Shown here: positions 1 through 12,829 of the stretch, piece by piece | Numbering within the stretch: position 1 is the first letter of the stretch | How the letters are laid out: each line of letters begins with the position of its first letter | Virus record (IMG/VR): IMGVR_UViG_3300028394_000057 | Span: 1 to 64,000 of that record | Reading direction: 5' to 3' (one strand) | Origin: a virus | DNA: 64,000 bases | Notes under the pieces: generated by a model | The model's input: only the letters and a program-made list of their open reading frames with translations | What the model was told of the DNA's origin: nothing | Databases searched by the model: none | Position numbers and translations under genes: made by a program

Positions 1-1
1 T

Positions 2-2197
<2,196 letters not shown>

Positions 2198-2210
2198 GAA
2201 AGGATAAACC

Positions 2211-2360
2211 ATGAATGAAATAACTGAATTATTAACTTACTGGGAAAATGATGGATTAGCAAATCCAGCAGCATTAAAAGCAGCACATGATGCTATTGTG
2301 CTTTTAGTTGCAAAAGTAGAAGAATTAGAAACTCAAATTAAAAATTTATCTAATATATAA
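2211..2360 (+). CDS. Small coiled-coil protein (49 aa), possible fibre chaperone
   Basis: MNEITELLTYW...LVAKVEELETQIKNLSNI*, preceded by SD-like AAGGA; below the ORF-track length cut-off. Confidence 0.6.
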   Translation: MNEITELLTYWENDGLANPAALKAAHDAIVLLVAKVEELETQIKNLSNI

Positions 2361-2369
2361 AATTAGTGT

Positions 2370-2397
2370 TTGACTTTTTATAAAACTGTGATATACT
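2370..2397 (+). promoter_or_regulatory. SigA-type promoter for nrdJ (TTGACT, extended -10 TGnTATACT)
   Basis: Near-consensus -35 and -10 in the intergenic gap. Confidence 0.65.
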
Positions 2398-2431
2398 TTA
2401 TACATCACAGTTATGGAAAGGCGGAAACGCT

Positions 2432-4462
2432 ATGTCGGAATTTTTTTCTTTTACCCTACCAACAGATTTTGTAGAAAAATACAAATCATTGGAATCACCC
2501 TTTGGATTCGTGGATGCAGGTGGCAACGCACTAGGTGAAATTACTTTTGTTCGAACTTACTCACGAGTCAAAGAAGATGGAACTAAAGAACGCTGGTACG
2601 AAGTTGTACGCAGAGTTATTGAAGGTATGTACTCTGTCCAGAAAAACCATGCAAAAGAGAATCGTCTTCCATGGAATGACTATAAGGCACAGAAGTCAGC
2701 ACAAGAAGCATTTGACCGTATGTTTACTCTAAAATGGACACCTCCAGGTCGTGGAATGTGGACTTTTGGAACACCTCTCACAATGGAAAAACGTAACTCT
2801 GCTGCTTTACAAAACTGTGCTATGGTATCAACAAAGGACCTAGATAAAAATGACCCAGGTGCTTTGTTTGCTTGGGTTATGGATGCTCTTATGCTTGGTA
2901 TTGGAGTTGGCTTTGATACCCTTGGTAAAGACAAAAACTTCCCAATCTATGCACCAACAGAACCAGAGGTAGTCTATATTATCCCAGATACTCGTGAAGG
3001 CTGGGTAGAGGCAACACGTTTGCTAATTAACTCATATCTTCGTGCAGGTCAAAACATTCAAAAATTTGACTATTCAGAAATTCGTCTAGAAGGTGCTGCA
3101 ATTAAAGGTTTTGGTGGCGTAGCCTCTGGTCCTGCACCGCTAATCAAACTACATGAACGCATTAGTCATGTACTAAATGGTCGTGTTGGTGATAACCTAG
3201 ATGCTCGTGCCATTGTTGATTTAATTAACCTTATTGGTACTTGTGTTGTTTCAGGTAATGTCAGACGTTCTGCTACACTTGCACTTGGGGTAGACGGAGA
3301 TGAAGACTTCCTAAATTTAAAGAATCCAGAAGCATTCCCAGAGCGTAACTCGTATGACCCAAACAACCCAGGATGGGCTTGGATGTCAAACAACTCTATT
3401 GAGGCAAAAGTTGGAATGGATTATGAAAAATATGTAGACCGTATTGTTGACAATGGTGAGCCAGGATTTATCTGGCTTGATGTTGCTCGTAACTTTGGTC
3501 GTTTAGCAGACCCAGCAGATGGTAAGGACTATCGTGTAATGGGCTTTAATCCGTGTGCAGAACAGCCATTAGAGTCATACGAACTATGTACCCTTGTAGA
3601 AGTACACCTAAACCGTCACGAGTCTAAGGAAGACTTCCTGCGTACTCTTAAATTTGCTTACTTGTATGGAAAGACTGTTACCCTTCTTCCTACTCACTGG
3701 CAACAGACTAACGGTATCATGCAACGAAATCGTAGAATTGGAACATCTCTAACAGGCATTGCATCGTTCGCTGACGAGCACGGTCTACCTGCTACTCGTG
3801 AGTGGATGGACGAAGGATACAACAAGATTCGTTACTACGATAATAAGTATTCAGAGTGGATGTGTGTTCGTGAATCAATTCGTGTAACCACCGTTAAGCC
3901 ATCTGGTTCTGTATCAATTCTTTCAGGTGCTACCCCTGGTGTTCACTGGGGTCCAGGCGGAAAGTTTTATCTAAGAGCAATTCGTTTTGGTAACACAGAC
4001 CCAATGCTACACCTGTTTAAAGCGGCAGGGTATAAGATTGAACTAGACCTGGTTTCAGCAAATACTTCAGTAGTATACTTTCCAATTGCTTCGGGACAGA
4101 AGCGAGCAGAAAAAGATGTAACTCTATTTGAAAAGACAGCCCTTGCCGCTACCGCTCAGAAGTACTGGTCAGATAACGGTGTTTCAGTAACACTATCATT
4201 TGATACAACAAATGAAAAGCAGCACATTTCATCTGTTTTAAACATGTACGAAGGACAACTAAAGGCAGTATCCTTCTTGCCAATGGGAAACACAGTTTAT
4301 CCACAGCAACCATATTCTGAAATTACAGAAGATGAGTATGACTACTACATTGGTAGGTTAGCAAAGATTGATTTCTCTGCTATTTATGATGGAGTAGAAA
4401 ACTTAGAGGCACTTGGAGAAAGTTACTGCAGTACAGATTATTGTGAGATTAAAATTAAATAG
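2432..4462 (+). CDS. nrdJ: Class II adenosylcobalamin-dependent ribonucleotide reductase (monomeric RTPR type)
   Basis: PPGRG, NC, GNVRRSA, NPCAE, TTVKPSG motifs and C-terminal CSTDYC redox pair. Confidence 0.93.
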   Translation: MSEFFSFTLPTDFVEKYKSLESPFGFVDAGGNALGEITFVRTYSRVKEDGTKERWYEVVRRVIEGMYSVQKNHAKENRLPWNDYKAQKSAQEAFDRMFTLKWTPPGRGMWTFGTPLTMEKRNSAALQNCAMVSTKDLDKNDPGALFAWVMDALMLGIGVGFDTLGKDKNFPIYAPTEPEVVYIIPDTREGWVEATRLLINSYLRAGQNIQKFDYSEIRLEGAAIKGFGGVASGPAPLIKLHERISHVLNGRVGDNLDARAIVDLINLIGTCVVSGNVRRSATLALGVDGDEDFLNLKNPEAFPERNSYDPNNPGWAWMSNNSIEAKVGMDYEKYVDRIVDNGEPGFIWLDVARNFGRLADPADGKDYRVMGFNPCAEQPLESYELCTLVEVHLNRHESKEDFLRTLKFAYLYGKTVTLLPTHWQQTNGIMQRNRRIGTSLTGIASFADEHGLPATREWMDEGYNKIRYYDNKYSEWMCVRESIRVTTVKPSGSVSILSGATPGVHWGPGGKFYLRAIRFGNTDPMLHLFKAAGYKIELDLVSANTSVVYFPIASGQKRAEKDVTLFEKTALAATAQKYWSDNGVSVTLSFDTTNEKQHISSVLNMYEGQLKAVSFLPMGNTVYPQQPYSEITEDEYDYYIGRLAKIDFSAIYDGVENLEALGESYCSTDYCEIKIK

Positions 4463-4473
4463 TTATCACTAAA

Positions 4474-4510
4474 AAAATACCCTGCCATTAACTTAGCAGG
4501 GTATTTTCTT
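4474..4510 (+). terminator. Intrinsic terminator after nrdJ
   Basis: aaaataccctgc-loop-gcagggtatttt hairpin with T tract. Confidence 0.8.
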
Positions 4511-4529
4511 ATGTGATAGAATAGTAAGT

Positions 4530-7475
4530 ATGGCTATTAGTTCAAATAAATATATTCAAAAAATATCTTCTCAACATCCAACTGCCTTATGGTCGTTAGA
4601 TGATGAAGCATATTATGTTAAATTAATGTCGGATAGCGGAAGAGACTTAATAAATTGGACAAATGTTAACGCCGATAGTGTTACTAATATAGTTCCAGAA
4701 AACATAATTTTACCACGCAAAGATAGACCTTGCACAGAAATTGTTGGGTTAGAAATTGGTGGGGAAAATATTTATGGAAGCGTGTATCTTATAAGTGATG
4801 AAACTTTTACCTCGCAATCAGGCTCTTTTGATATTTCTTTTAATGTATATTCATATGGAAGCGATATACGTTATGCAAGGGTTGGTTATCAAATAGGAAC
4901 AACTAAATCAATTACAGGAGTTGGAAAGAGGACCACTCAAAACAGTCAAGTAAAATATTTTACAAGCAGTCCCCATGGTTTTACTAATGGACAATTTGTT
5001 ACTGTTTCTGGTACTGTTCCAACAGGGGCAAATCCAGGTGCCTATGACCAGGATGGAATTGTAGAAGTAATTAGTTCAACAACTTTTTGTATAACTAGTG
5101 GACTTAACTTTAATGCTTCGATTGCAGCAAATGAGTCTGCAGGAGAAACGTTTGTTGGTCAGATGGCAGTTGCGTCAGATGTTCGGTTGGCTGGAGAACA
5201 AAATAAATGGCTTTTTTTATCGGGACAATTTACTAGAGCAGTTTCAGGTGCAAAACTAAGATTAAAAATCTTTTATGACGGTGATTATGAAAAAACATTT
5301 TTAGTTAATGGAATAGATGTAGGAGAAAACTCATTAAAATTTGTTGGTAAATCTTCTGGACAAACCCCAGTAGAACTACCATCCGACATTGCAACAGATG
5401 AAACTTATGGAATTCCTGCAGAAAACTTTTTATCAAATTCCAACAAGGGTTATTATATTGTAAAAGACAACATACTTTGTACAGAAAATTCTTCAATTCC
5501 AATGGTTTATGGTTCTTCAAACACAACAGTCTTGTTCACAAACAACAATGCCCCATCATTAATTTTTCCTGGATTTGGATTTCTTAATGATTCTGGAATA
5601 AATAAAACATACAATTTTGAAACTTTTATTAGAATAAACGGAAATACAACAAGTCCAAAAAGAATTTTAGGACCTCTACAATCAGATGATGGGGTTTATG
5701 TGGATGGTTCTTTTATTGGTTTAAAAATAAATAATTTATATAAAACTGTTTATGTTGGAGAATGGTTTAAACCAATGCTATTAAATATTCAATACACAAA
5801 AAATAACATAGAACTTTTTATAAATGCAGAAAAACTTATAAACATAAATACTGCAAATGAAAGTATTTCTTTTCCAGAAAAAATTGCTACTACTGGGACA
5901 TATATTGACAAAGACCAGGATTGGATTGGTTTTTATTATTATGATGAATTTAATTCAATAGAGGTTGATACAGTTGCAATATATTGCTATGTTGTAAATG
6001 AATCAATATTAAAACAAAGACTTTTATATGCACAAGCAGTAAAAACATCTATTTTAGAAAATCAGGCTATTCAGAATAATGGAGAATTTTTTCATTTTCA
6101 GTATCCGTCATCTAACTATAGCAAGAATTACAATTATCCAACCTTTTCTAAATGGGAAAATGCTAGAATATTAGAAAATATAACAATAAAAGATAATGCA
6201 TTGTGTACTTTAGAATATGAATTGCCATCAATAAATTTAGGAACAAAAACACAAAATGAATGGCTGTCTGACCAGTATGAAATACAAAGTGAGGCAACAA
6301 ATTTTATGAGTTTAAAACCAGATTCATCCTATGACGATATTTATGGATACATATATTTTGATAATACAAATATTTTATCAGAGCCTATTTCATCAATATA
6401 TGCTGTTATAAAAAAACCAGCATCATCGGGCACCGAACAAAGACTTTTAACTATATACAATAATTATTCAAAAAATTATTTTAAAATTTGCTTAATTGGC
6501 TCAACTCTTTCATATGTTTTAAATTACAATGGAGTAGACACACAAATCTACTCAACGTCAAGTTCAATAATAAATAATAAAATTGCAATAGGAATTAATT
6601 TAGATATTATTAAAAATTCAACAAATTATGAATTATTATCATTTTTTAATGATAACAATTTGGTAATTTATGTTGGAGGAATGTTAGGAACAGAATATAC
6701 CTTTGACGGAAAAATCTATAAATTTGGAATATGTAATTCTAGAAATTCTTCAAATATTATTGCAAATTTTAATGAAAATGGAATAATGATACCAGCATCA
6801 TCCTTAGAAGATAATGTAGCAACATATACATTGTTTGTTGAAGAATTGTTTGATAATTTATTTTTAGATATTAAAACAAAATCATATTGGGAATCTTCAG
6901 TTTCTTTATTAAATTTATCTTATTTAAACTCGGATACACCAGATTTGAAATTTTTTCAACTAAACATAGATTATCCAGAAAATGTAAACATTGTTGATGG
7001 AGAATATGATACAACAAATGAATTAATTAAATCATATATAAGTTTTCAAGAAAACTCATCAGGTTTATCCGAATCAATTTTTTCTTCAACAGTACCACTT
7101 ACAAAAAATAAAATAATTGATGCAAAATTAAATTGGGCAAATAAAAAATATGAATTTATTGACCATACATTAGTTTACTCACCATCAGACATAGATATAA
7201 CTGATTACAGTGTTGTAATGCATTTAGAATTTGTTTCTAATGTTTATACAAAACCAATTAAATTAAAATATTTAGAGTTGGCATCAAAAACAACTGAAAG
7301 CAATAATGTTTCTACAATTACAACAACATCTGGAGCACCAGTTGAGCATTACTCTCTTGATGAAAATCAATTATTTGATTATCAAAATGATTCTGGTATT
7401 TTAATAACAAAAGAATCAACTTCATATTTAAATTTAAACAATAAAAGCGGCATTAGAATGGTTGGTTTAGAATAA
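4530..7475 (+). CDS. Large virion structural/minor tail protein (beta-rich, probable lectin-like domains)
   Basis: 981 aa; N-terminal HPTALWSLDD motif; beta-strand-rich composition; lies upstream of portal. Confidence 0.55.
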   Translation: MAISSNKYIQKISSQHPTALWSLDDEAYYVKLMSDSGRDLINWTNVNADSVTNIVPENIILPRKDRPCTEIVGLEIGGENIYGSVYLISDETFTSQSGSFDISFNVYSYGSDIRYARVGYQIGTTKSITGVGKRTTQNSQVKYFTSSPHGFTNGQFVTVSGTVPTGANPGAYDQDGIVEVISSTTFCITSGLNFNASIAANESAGETFVGQMAVASDVRLAGEQNKWLFLSGQFTRAVSGAKLRLKIFYDGDYEKTFLVNGIDVGENSLKFVGKSSGQTPVELPSDIATDETYGIPAENFLSNSNKGYYIVKDNILCTENSSIPMVYGSSNTTVLFTNNNAPSLIFPGFGFLNDSGINKTYNFETFIRINGNTTSPKRILGPLQSDDGVYVDGSFIGLKINNLYKTVYVGEWFKPMLLNIQYTKNNIELFINAEKLININTANESISFPEKIATTGTYIDKDQDWIGFYYYDEFNSIEVDTVAIYCYVVNESILKQRLLYAQAVKTSILENQAIQNNGEFFHFQYPSSNYSKNYNYPTFSKWENARILENITIKDNALCTLEYELPSINLGTKTQNEWLSDQYEIQSEATNFMSLKPDSSYDDIYGYIYFDNTNILSEPISSIYAVIKKPASSGTEQRLLTIYNNYSKNYFKICLIGSTLSYVLNYNGVDTQIYSTSSSIINNKIAIGINLDIIKNSTNYELLSFFNDNNLVIYVGGMLGTEYTFDGKIYKFGICNSRNSSNIIANFNENGIMIPASSLEDNVATYTLFVEELFDNLFLDIKTKSYWESSVSLLNLSYLNSDTPDLKFFQLNIDYPENVNIVDGEYDTTNELIKSYISFQENSSGLSESIFSSTVPLTKNKIIDAKLNWANKKYEFIDHTLVYSPSDIDITDYSVVMHLEFVSNVYTKPIKLKYLELASKTTESNNVSTITTTSGAPVEHYSLDENQLFDYQNDSGILITKESTSYLNLNNKSGIRMVGLE

Positions 7476-8224
7476 TGGCAACAGCAAAAGCAAAAATTTC
7501 AATGTCAAATGCACAAAGTGGGTATCCTATAAAATATATTATTTTCAGGTTTCAGTCATCAGCAATAACAAATGCTGAAAGTATTGAAATGGTTACAATG
7601 AGAATAAATTCTGATGATTATAGAATTATGATATTAAAAGGAACCAACACTGCAACAAATACAAACAATAATAAATTAAAGATTCAAAAAAAAGTTGATA
7701 ATACTTACATAACGGTTACAGATGCTAGTGTTTATACTTTAAATTCGCAAACACCAACAGGCTTTTTTGAATATAAAGCAGGTGCTGGTCAATGGGCAAC
7801 TGTAGGAATAAAATTTCCAGAAAAACCAGCCGCAGCGGATTCATATTTTCAAATTAATTCTAATCCAAACTGTAGTTTTACTTTGGCTGGATTTGCATAC
7901 TACGCTTCTGAAAATAATGAACAAAAACAATATTACACATTCAATACTTGGGGTAATGTAGATGACTTGCAATGGTATGCATATAGCAACACATCTCCTC
8001 AAACTTGGCAAAATGTTCATTATTCAGTAATAGACAGCAGGGCAATTGATAGCATTCAAACTCTATTTAATACATTTACTGGAAATGATGCAATTAATCC
8101 AACACCCCCAAGTAATATTACAACTGATACAACTGATACAAATTTACTAAATCTTGCTATAAGTCCTGAATTTAAAATATATATAGATGTCAAAAAAACA
8201 ATAATTACACAAACCCCTGTATAA
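7475..8224 (+). CDS. Hypothetical protein, probably structural
   Basis: 249-aa ORF coupled (TAATG) to the upstream gene. Confidence 0.55.
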   Translation: MATAKAKISMSNAQSGYPIKYIIFRFQSSAITNAESIEMVTMRINSDDYRIMILKGTNTATNTNNNKLKIQKKVDNTYITVTDASVYTLNSQTPTGFFEYKAGAGQWATVGIKFPEKPAAADSYFQINSNPNCSFTLAGFAYYASENNEQKQYYTFNTWGNVDDLQWYAYSNTSPQTWQNVHYSVIDSRAIDSIQTLFNTFTGNDAINPTPPSNITTDTTDTNLLNLAISPEFKIYIDVKKTIITQTPV

Positions 8225-8242
8225 TATGGTATACTAGTGGTT

Positions 8243-8638
8243 ATGGATATTGATACTACAAAAGATATTGGTCAAGTTATGCCCAATCAAATCGGAAAAA
8301 CAAAGGTTTCTGTTGTAAAGGAACCATTCTCAGACTATGGAATATATGTTTGGCAACTTCGTTCTGGCAAAGTCTTTACAGACGGTGAAGGAAATGCCCT
8401 GTCTATTGACTCAATGAGAGGCGATGAATCAAGAATTGCTTTACTTCGTAACGAAGCATCATGGCTAGGTCAACCAGACGGTCAGGCTATATTTTTTGCC
8501 AATGTTCGCAAAGTATCTGATGAAGAGCATAGTGAACAAGTTGATAGAATGGCTCAAGGATACATTCCTTCGGAAACAGATTTGGGTGCTCTTGTAGATG
8601 CAAAGAAAACCTTTGAACTGTACGGAAGTGATGACTAA
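8243..8638 (+). CDS. Hypothetical protein upstream of portal
   Basis: ATG at 8243 lies 7 nt after TGGTATACT (leaderless start); coupled to portal. Confidence 0.6.
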   Translation: MDIDTTKDIGQVMPNQIGKTKVSVVKEPFSDYGIYVWQLRSGKVFTDGEGNALSIDSMRGDESRIALLRNEASWLGQPDGQAIFFANVRKVSDEEHSEQVDRMAQGYIPSETDLGALVDAKKTFELYGSDD

Positions 8639-10236
8639 TGAGTTATTATGAATATGCAAATACACCTGCTCGTCTAGATGAAGCACAAGTAATTAAGAAT
8701 GAATTTGCTGACTATGACCCTTTTATCAAGTCATGGGATGATATAAAATCTTTCAACGGTATGCAAACCAATTTTAAACGTAGAAGTTCTAGAATGGCTA
8801 AGGCTCTAGGTGATGACGCATATCTTGAGTCTGCTGGTGCAATTCAGACTGGTATTAATGGAGCAAGTTCAAATGCTATTAATCCTGGTGTGGTATTTCG
8901 TAATGCATATGCATTGTTTGATGTCATTACTCCACCATACAATCTTTATGAACTAGCAAGTTATTACGACACTTCATTTGCAAACCATGCGGCTATTGAT
9001 GCCAAAGTTGAGAATACTGTTGGTCTAGGGTTTGACTTTATAATTTCTGATAAAACTGGTCTTAAATTAGAGGCAGCAACAACAGACCAAATGGCTCGTG
9101 CTCGCAAACGTATCGAAAGACTTAAAGTACAACTTCGTGACTGGCTAGAAAGCATGAACCAAGATGAATCATTTTCATCTATTCTCGAAAAGGTATTTAC
9201 AGATGTTCACACAATGGGTAACGGATACATCGAGGTTGGAAGAACAGTAACTGGAGAGATTGGATATATTGGACATATTCCAGCGGCTACCATGCGTGTT
9301 CGTAGACTTCGTGATGGTTATGTTCAAATTATCGCAAATAAAGTTGTTTATTTTCGTAACTTTGGTGCAAAAAACGTAAACTATATTACCGAAGACCAAA
9401 GACCAAATGAAATTATTCATATTAAAGAATACTCTCCACTAAATACTTTTTATGGTGTTCCAGACGTAATTGCTGCTATGCCAGCATTAATTGGAGACAT
9501 GCTTGCTACACAATACAATATTGATTACTTTAATAACAAGGCTGTTCCTCGTTACATTGTAACACTAAAAGGTGCACAACTTACACAAGAAGCAGAAGAC
9601 AAACTATTCCGTTTCTTGCAAACAGGTCTTAAAGGACAGTCTCATAGAACTCTTTATATTCCACTTCCAGGAGATTCAGAAACCAATAAGGTTGAGTTTA
9701 AAATGGAACCTATTGAGGCTGGAGTTCAAGAAGGTTCGTTTACTAAATATCGTGAACAGAACCGTGACGACATCCTAGTGGCTCACCAAGTACCATTGTC
9801 AAAATTGGGTGGTAGCAGTTCTTCAACAATTGCTGACTCATTAGCACAAGACCGCACATTTAAAGAACAGGTTGCTAGACCTGCACAACGCAATCTTGAA
9901 AAAATTCTCAATAAAATTATTCGTGAAAAGACAGATATTTTAGAATTTAAGTTTAACGAACTTACTCTTACAGATGAATTGGCTCAGTCACAGATTCTTA
10001 CTAACTATGTTAAGAACCAAATTATGGTTCCTAACGAGGCTCGTGAACTTCTAAATTTGCCAGAACGTGGAGAAAGTGATTCAATGATTCAGCCAACTGC
10101 TAGACAAGCAGCAGATTCAAATGCCAACAATGCTCAAAATAGAACTCGTGATGGAGACCGTCAACAGGCTCAAGCAGATAATACTGCAACAACTGCTGGA
10201 AGAAATCCAAAGGGTGAAGGGAGACGCTCCTCTTAA
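8638..10236 (+). CDS. Portal protein
   Basis: GNGYIEV, NEIIHIKEYSP-YGVP, YFNNKAVP, ILVAHQVP and NEARELLNLP motifs typical of HK97/PBSX-type portals. Confidence 0.92.
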   Translation: MSYYEYANTPARLDEAQVIKNEFADYDPFIKSWDDIKSFNGMQTNFKRRSSRMAKALGDDAYLESAGAIQTGINGASSNAINPGVVFRNAYALFDVITPPYNLYELASYYDTSFANHAAIDAKVENTVGLGFDFIISDKTGLKLEAATTDQMARARKRIERLKVQLRDWLESMNQDESFSSILEKVFTDVHTMGNGYIEVGRTVTGEIGYIGHIPAATMRVRRLRDGYVQIIANKVVYFRNFGAKNVNYITEDQRPNEIIHIKEYSPLNTFYGVPDVIAAMPALIGDMLATQYNIDYFNNKAVPRYIVTLKGAQLTQEAEDKLFRFLQTGLKGQSHRTLYIPLPGDSETNKVEFKMEPIEAGVQEGSFTKYREQNRDDILVAHQVPLSKLGGSSSSTIADSLAQDRTFKEQVARPAQRNLEKILNKIIREKTDILEFKFNELTLTDELAQSQILTNYVKNQIMVPNEARELLNLPERGESDSMIQPTARQAADSNANNAQNRTRDGDRQQAQADNTATTAGRNPKGEGRRSS

Positions 10237-10295
10237 AAAAGTGGTATAATAACATTTATATAACATTTTTATAAAAAGGGGCTATAATTAATACT

Positions 10296-11546
10296 ATGAG
10301 TATTCAGAAGGCACATTTTGACATTGACGGAAATAATGTCCGTATTTCTATGCCTCTCACAAAAATAGATGCAGAACGCAGAATTGTATCTGGATTTGCT
10401 ACGCTTGATAACATTGACAAGCAAAATGATATCGTTACCCCAGAAGCATCCGTATCAGCCTTTTCTAAATTCCGTGGCAACATCCGTGAAATGCATCAGC
10501 CAAAAGCGGTAGGAAAAATGGTGGCATTTAAGGAAGACAAATACTTTGACCCAGAAGAAAAGAAATTCTATCAGGGTGTATATGTATCTGCTTATGTTTC
10601 AAAAGGTGCACAAGATACTTGGGAAAAAGTCTTGGATGGCACACTTACTGGATTTTCTATTGGTGGTAAGATGAAAAAGTGGGATGATGGCTATGACGAA
10701 AAAAGCGATTCCGCTATTAGAATTATTAAAGACTATGACTTGGTTGAGTTATCCCTTGTTGATAGTCCAGCAAATCAGTTTGCAAATATCTTATCTGTTG
10801 AAAAAGTAGACGGTGTTGATACTATTACAGGCGAGGGTACCGATGCAGTTTTAGAAAATGTATTCTGGGACAAAGAATCAGGATTGGTAACAATCACAGA
10901 AGAAGAGTCTGCAGTAAGTCCAGTAACTGGAACACAAATGCAAAACATAGGTTTTGTCGAGAAATCAGACAATGATAAACTTGACATGGTAAAGTTCTTA
11001 GTGGATAGTGCTAAAGGCATTAATACTTCTAAGATTATTAAAAAGGAGAATGATAACATGACCGATGAAAACGTAAACGTTGAATCAGTAGATGTCGTTC
11101 CAGAGGCAGAAGTTGTAGTTGACACTCCTGCTACAGAAGAAGTTGTTGAAGAGGTTCTAGTAACCGAAACAACACATGTAGAAGAAGTTGTAGAAGAAGT
11201 TGTTCCAGGTTCAGAGGAAGTAATTGCTAAGGCAGTTACAGAACTAAGTTCAACAGTTACAACAGCCTTTAGCGACATTACAGCAATCGTAAAGTCACTA
11301 GCAGATGCAAATGCATCACTAGTTTCTGAAGTTGCTGAACTAAAGAAGTCACTAGGTTTTGTGTCAGCAGTAGTTGCCGATGCAGAGTCAGACTTCACAA
11401 ATCTTGGAAAGCGTATCGATGCTGTAGAAGCAGACACCGCTTTCCGCAAGTCTGGTGACCTCGGTGAGGTCATTCAGGAACCAGTACTGGTGGAAAAATC
11501 AGTATGGGGCGGAAGTTTCCTCACAACATCCGATTTACTAAAATAA
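10296..11546 (+). CDS. Prohead (capsid maturation) protease with C-terminal scaffold domain
   Basis: RIVSGFAT, D-Q-D, REMH, GFSIGG and ELSLVDSPAN motifs; acidic coiled-coil C-terminus; between portal and major capsid gene. Confidence 0.88.
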   Translation: MSIQKAHFDIDGNNVRISMPLTKIDAERRIVSGFATLDNIDKQNDIVTPEASVSAFSKFRGNIREMHQPKAVGKMVAFKEDKYFDPEEKKFYQGVYVSAYVSKGAQDTWEKVLDGTLTGFSIGGKMKKWDDGYDEKSDSAIRIIKDYDLVELSLVDSPANQFANILSVEKVDGVDTITGEGTDAVLENVFWDKESGLVTITEEESAVSPVTGTQMQNIGFVEKSDNDKLDMVKFLVDSAKGINTSKIIKKENDNMTDENVNVESVDVVPEAEVVVDTPATEEVVEEVLVTETTHVEEVVEEVVPGSEEVIAKAVTELSSTVTTAFSDITAIVKSLADANASLVSEVAELKKSLGFVSAVVADAESDFTNLGKRIDAVEADTAFRKSGDLGEVIQEPVLVEKSVWGGSFLTTSDLLK

Positions 11547-11570
11547 ACTCACTAGGAGGTGAAAAATAAA

Positions 11571-12728
11571 ATGTCAGAAGAAATTATCAAAAATATGCCA
11601 GCCGCTACAGGCGCTGGTTATCCAAACGCAGAAGGTACTTTTGGTGCTACTGGTGCAACAACCAATGGTACAGGAGCACTTTCACAGAATGGTTTGTATC
11701 TAGGTAACTCTCCAACCGCCAACTTTGGTGATTTGAGTGGTGCCAATGCTGTGAACCCATCTAGAACTGCGAGTCCGAACTACCCAGGTACTGGTATCCT
11801 ACGCCCTGAACAGGCAAAACGATTTATCGATTATGTTTGGGACGCAACCACACTTGCACAGGACGGTCGCAGAGTTACAATGAGAGCAAACACAATGGAA
11901 CTTGAGAAGATTAACGTGGGAGACCGTGTTATTCGTGCTGCAAGCCAAGGTGTTTCAACTTATACTAACACAGGTGCTACATTCTCGAAGGTTGAATTAA
12001 CTACAAAGAAGATTCGTCTAGATTGGGAAGTCTCTTCAGAGTCACTCGAAGATAACATCGAGGGTGCTGCTCTAGAAGACCACTTGGTTCGTTTGATGAC
12101 TAATGCTTTCGGTAACGATATCGAAGACCTAGCCATCAATGGTGACGGTTCAACAGGTTCGTTCCTAAGCATTATGAACGGATTCGTTAATCAGGAGAAG
12201 ACTAACCCTAGCCTTCAGCCTACAAACAATCCTGGAAGTGCACACGAAGTTATTAACTCAACACTAGTTGGTACTAACACAGCGTTTACCGATTGGACAA
12301 CTGAAAGAATGCAGCAACTTATCTTGGCTATGCCTCGTAGATACCGTGCCATCACAAATGGACTAAAGTTCTACGCTGGTACAGACACGTTTGCTAACAT
12401 TGTTAGGAACAATGCTACAGTTTACTCTACTATTGGTTCGACCGAGAATACTCGTAACGAATTCATTGGTGGTGCAAACCAGACTTTCGGTGGAGCACGT
12501 CAGACTCGTGTACTAGGTGTACCTGTTCTTGAAGTTCCTTACTACCCTGCAGGATTCGTTGACCTAACGTTCCCACAGAACCGTATTTGGGGCTTCCAGA
12601 GAGATATCACTGTGAACCGTTTCTACGTTCCAAAGAAGGATACAATTGAGTATACTGTCTTCGTTCGTTTCGGAATTGCCTGGGAAGAACTAGATGCAGT
12701 TGCTTATGCAGACGCAGCAGCAGAGTAA
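11571..12728 (+). CDS. Major capsid protein (HK97 fold)
   Basis: GILRPEQAKRFID, VELTTKK, SLEDNIEG and DIEDLAINGD motifs; strong SD AGGAGGT before ATG 11571. Confidence 0.92.
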   Translation: MSEEIIKNMPAATGAGYPNAEGTFGATGATTNGTGALSQNGLYLGNSPTANFGDLSGANAVNPSRTASPNYPGTGILRPEQAKRFIDYVWDATTLAQDGRRVTMRANTMELEKINVGDRVIRAASQGVSTYTNTGATFSKVELTTKKIRLDWEVSSESLEDNIEGAALEDHLVRLMTNAFGNDIEDLAINGDGSTGSFLSIMNGFVNQEKTNPSLQPTNNPGSAHEVINSTLVGTNTAFTDWTTERMQQLILAMPRRYRAITNGLKFYAGTDTFANIVRNNATVYSTIGSTENTRNEFIGGANQTFGGARQTRVLGVPVLEVPYYPAGFVDLTFPQNRIWGFQRDITVNRFYVPKKDTIEYTVFVRFGIAWEELDAVAYADAAAE

Positions 12729-12752
12729 TTCTGTTTAGCGTTACCTTTGAAT

Positions 12753-12791
12753 GGGGGTGGAGATTTATTTCTCCACTCCCTTTCTACTTTT
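12753..12791 (+). terminator. Intrinsic terminator after major capsid gene
   Basis: gggggtggaga-loop-tctccactccc followed by T-rich tract. Confidence 0.8.
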
Positions 12792-12829
12792 ATCTGGTAT
12801 AATTAAAATAAATCTAAGGAGGATTTTGC

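Noticed and set aside
10775-11473. 232-aa antisense ORF within the protease/scaffold gene
   Set aside because: Ser/Thr-rich mirror of Glu/Val codons, with no SD or promoter support
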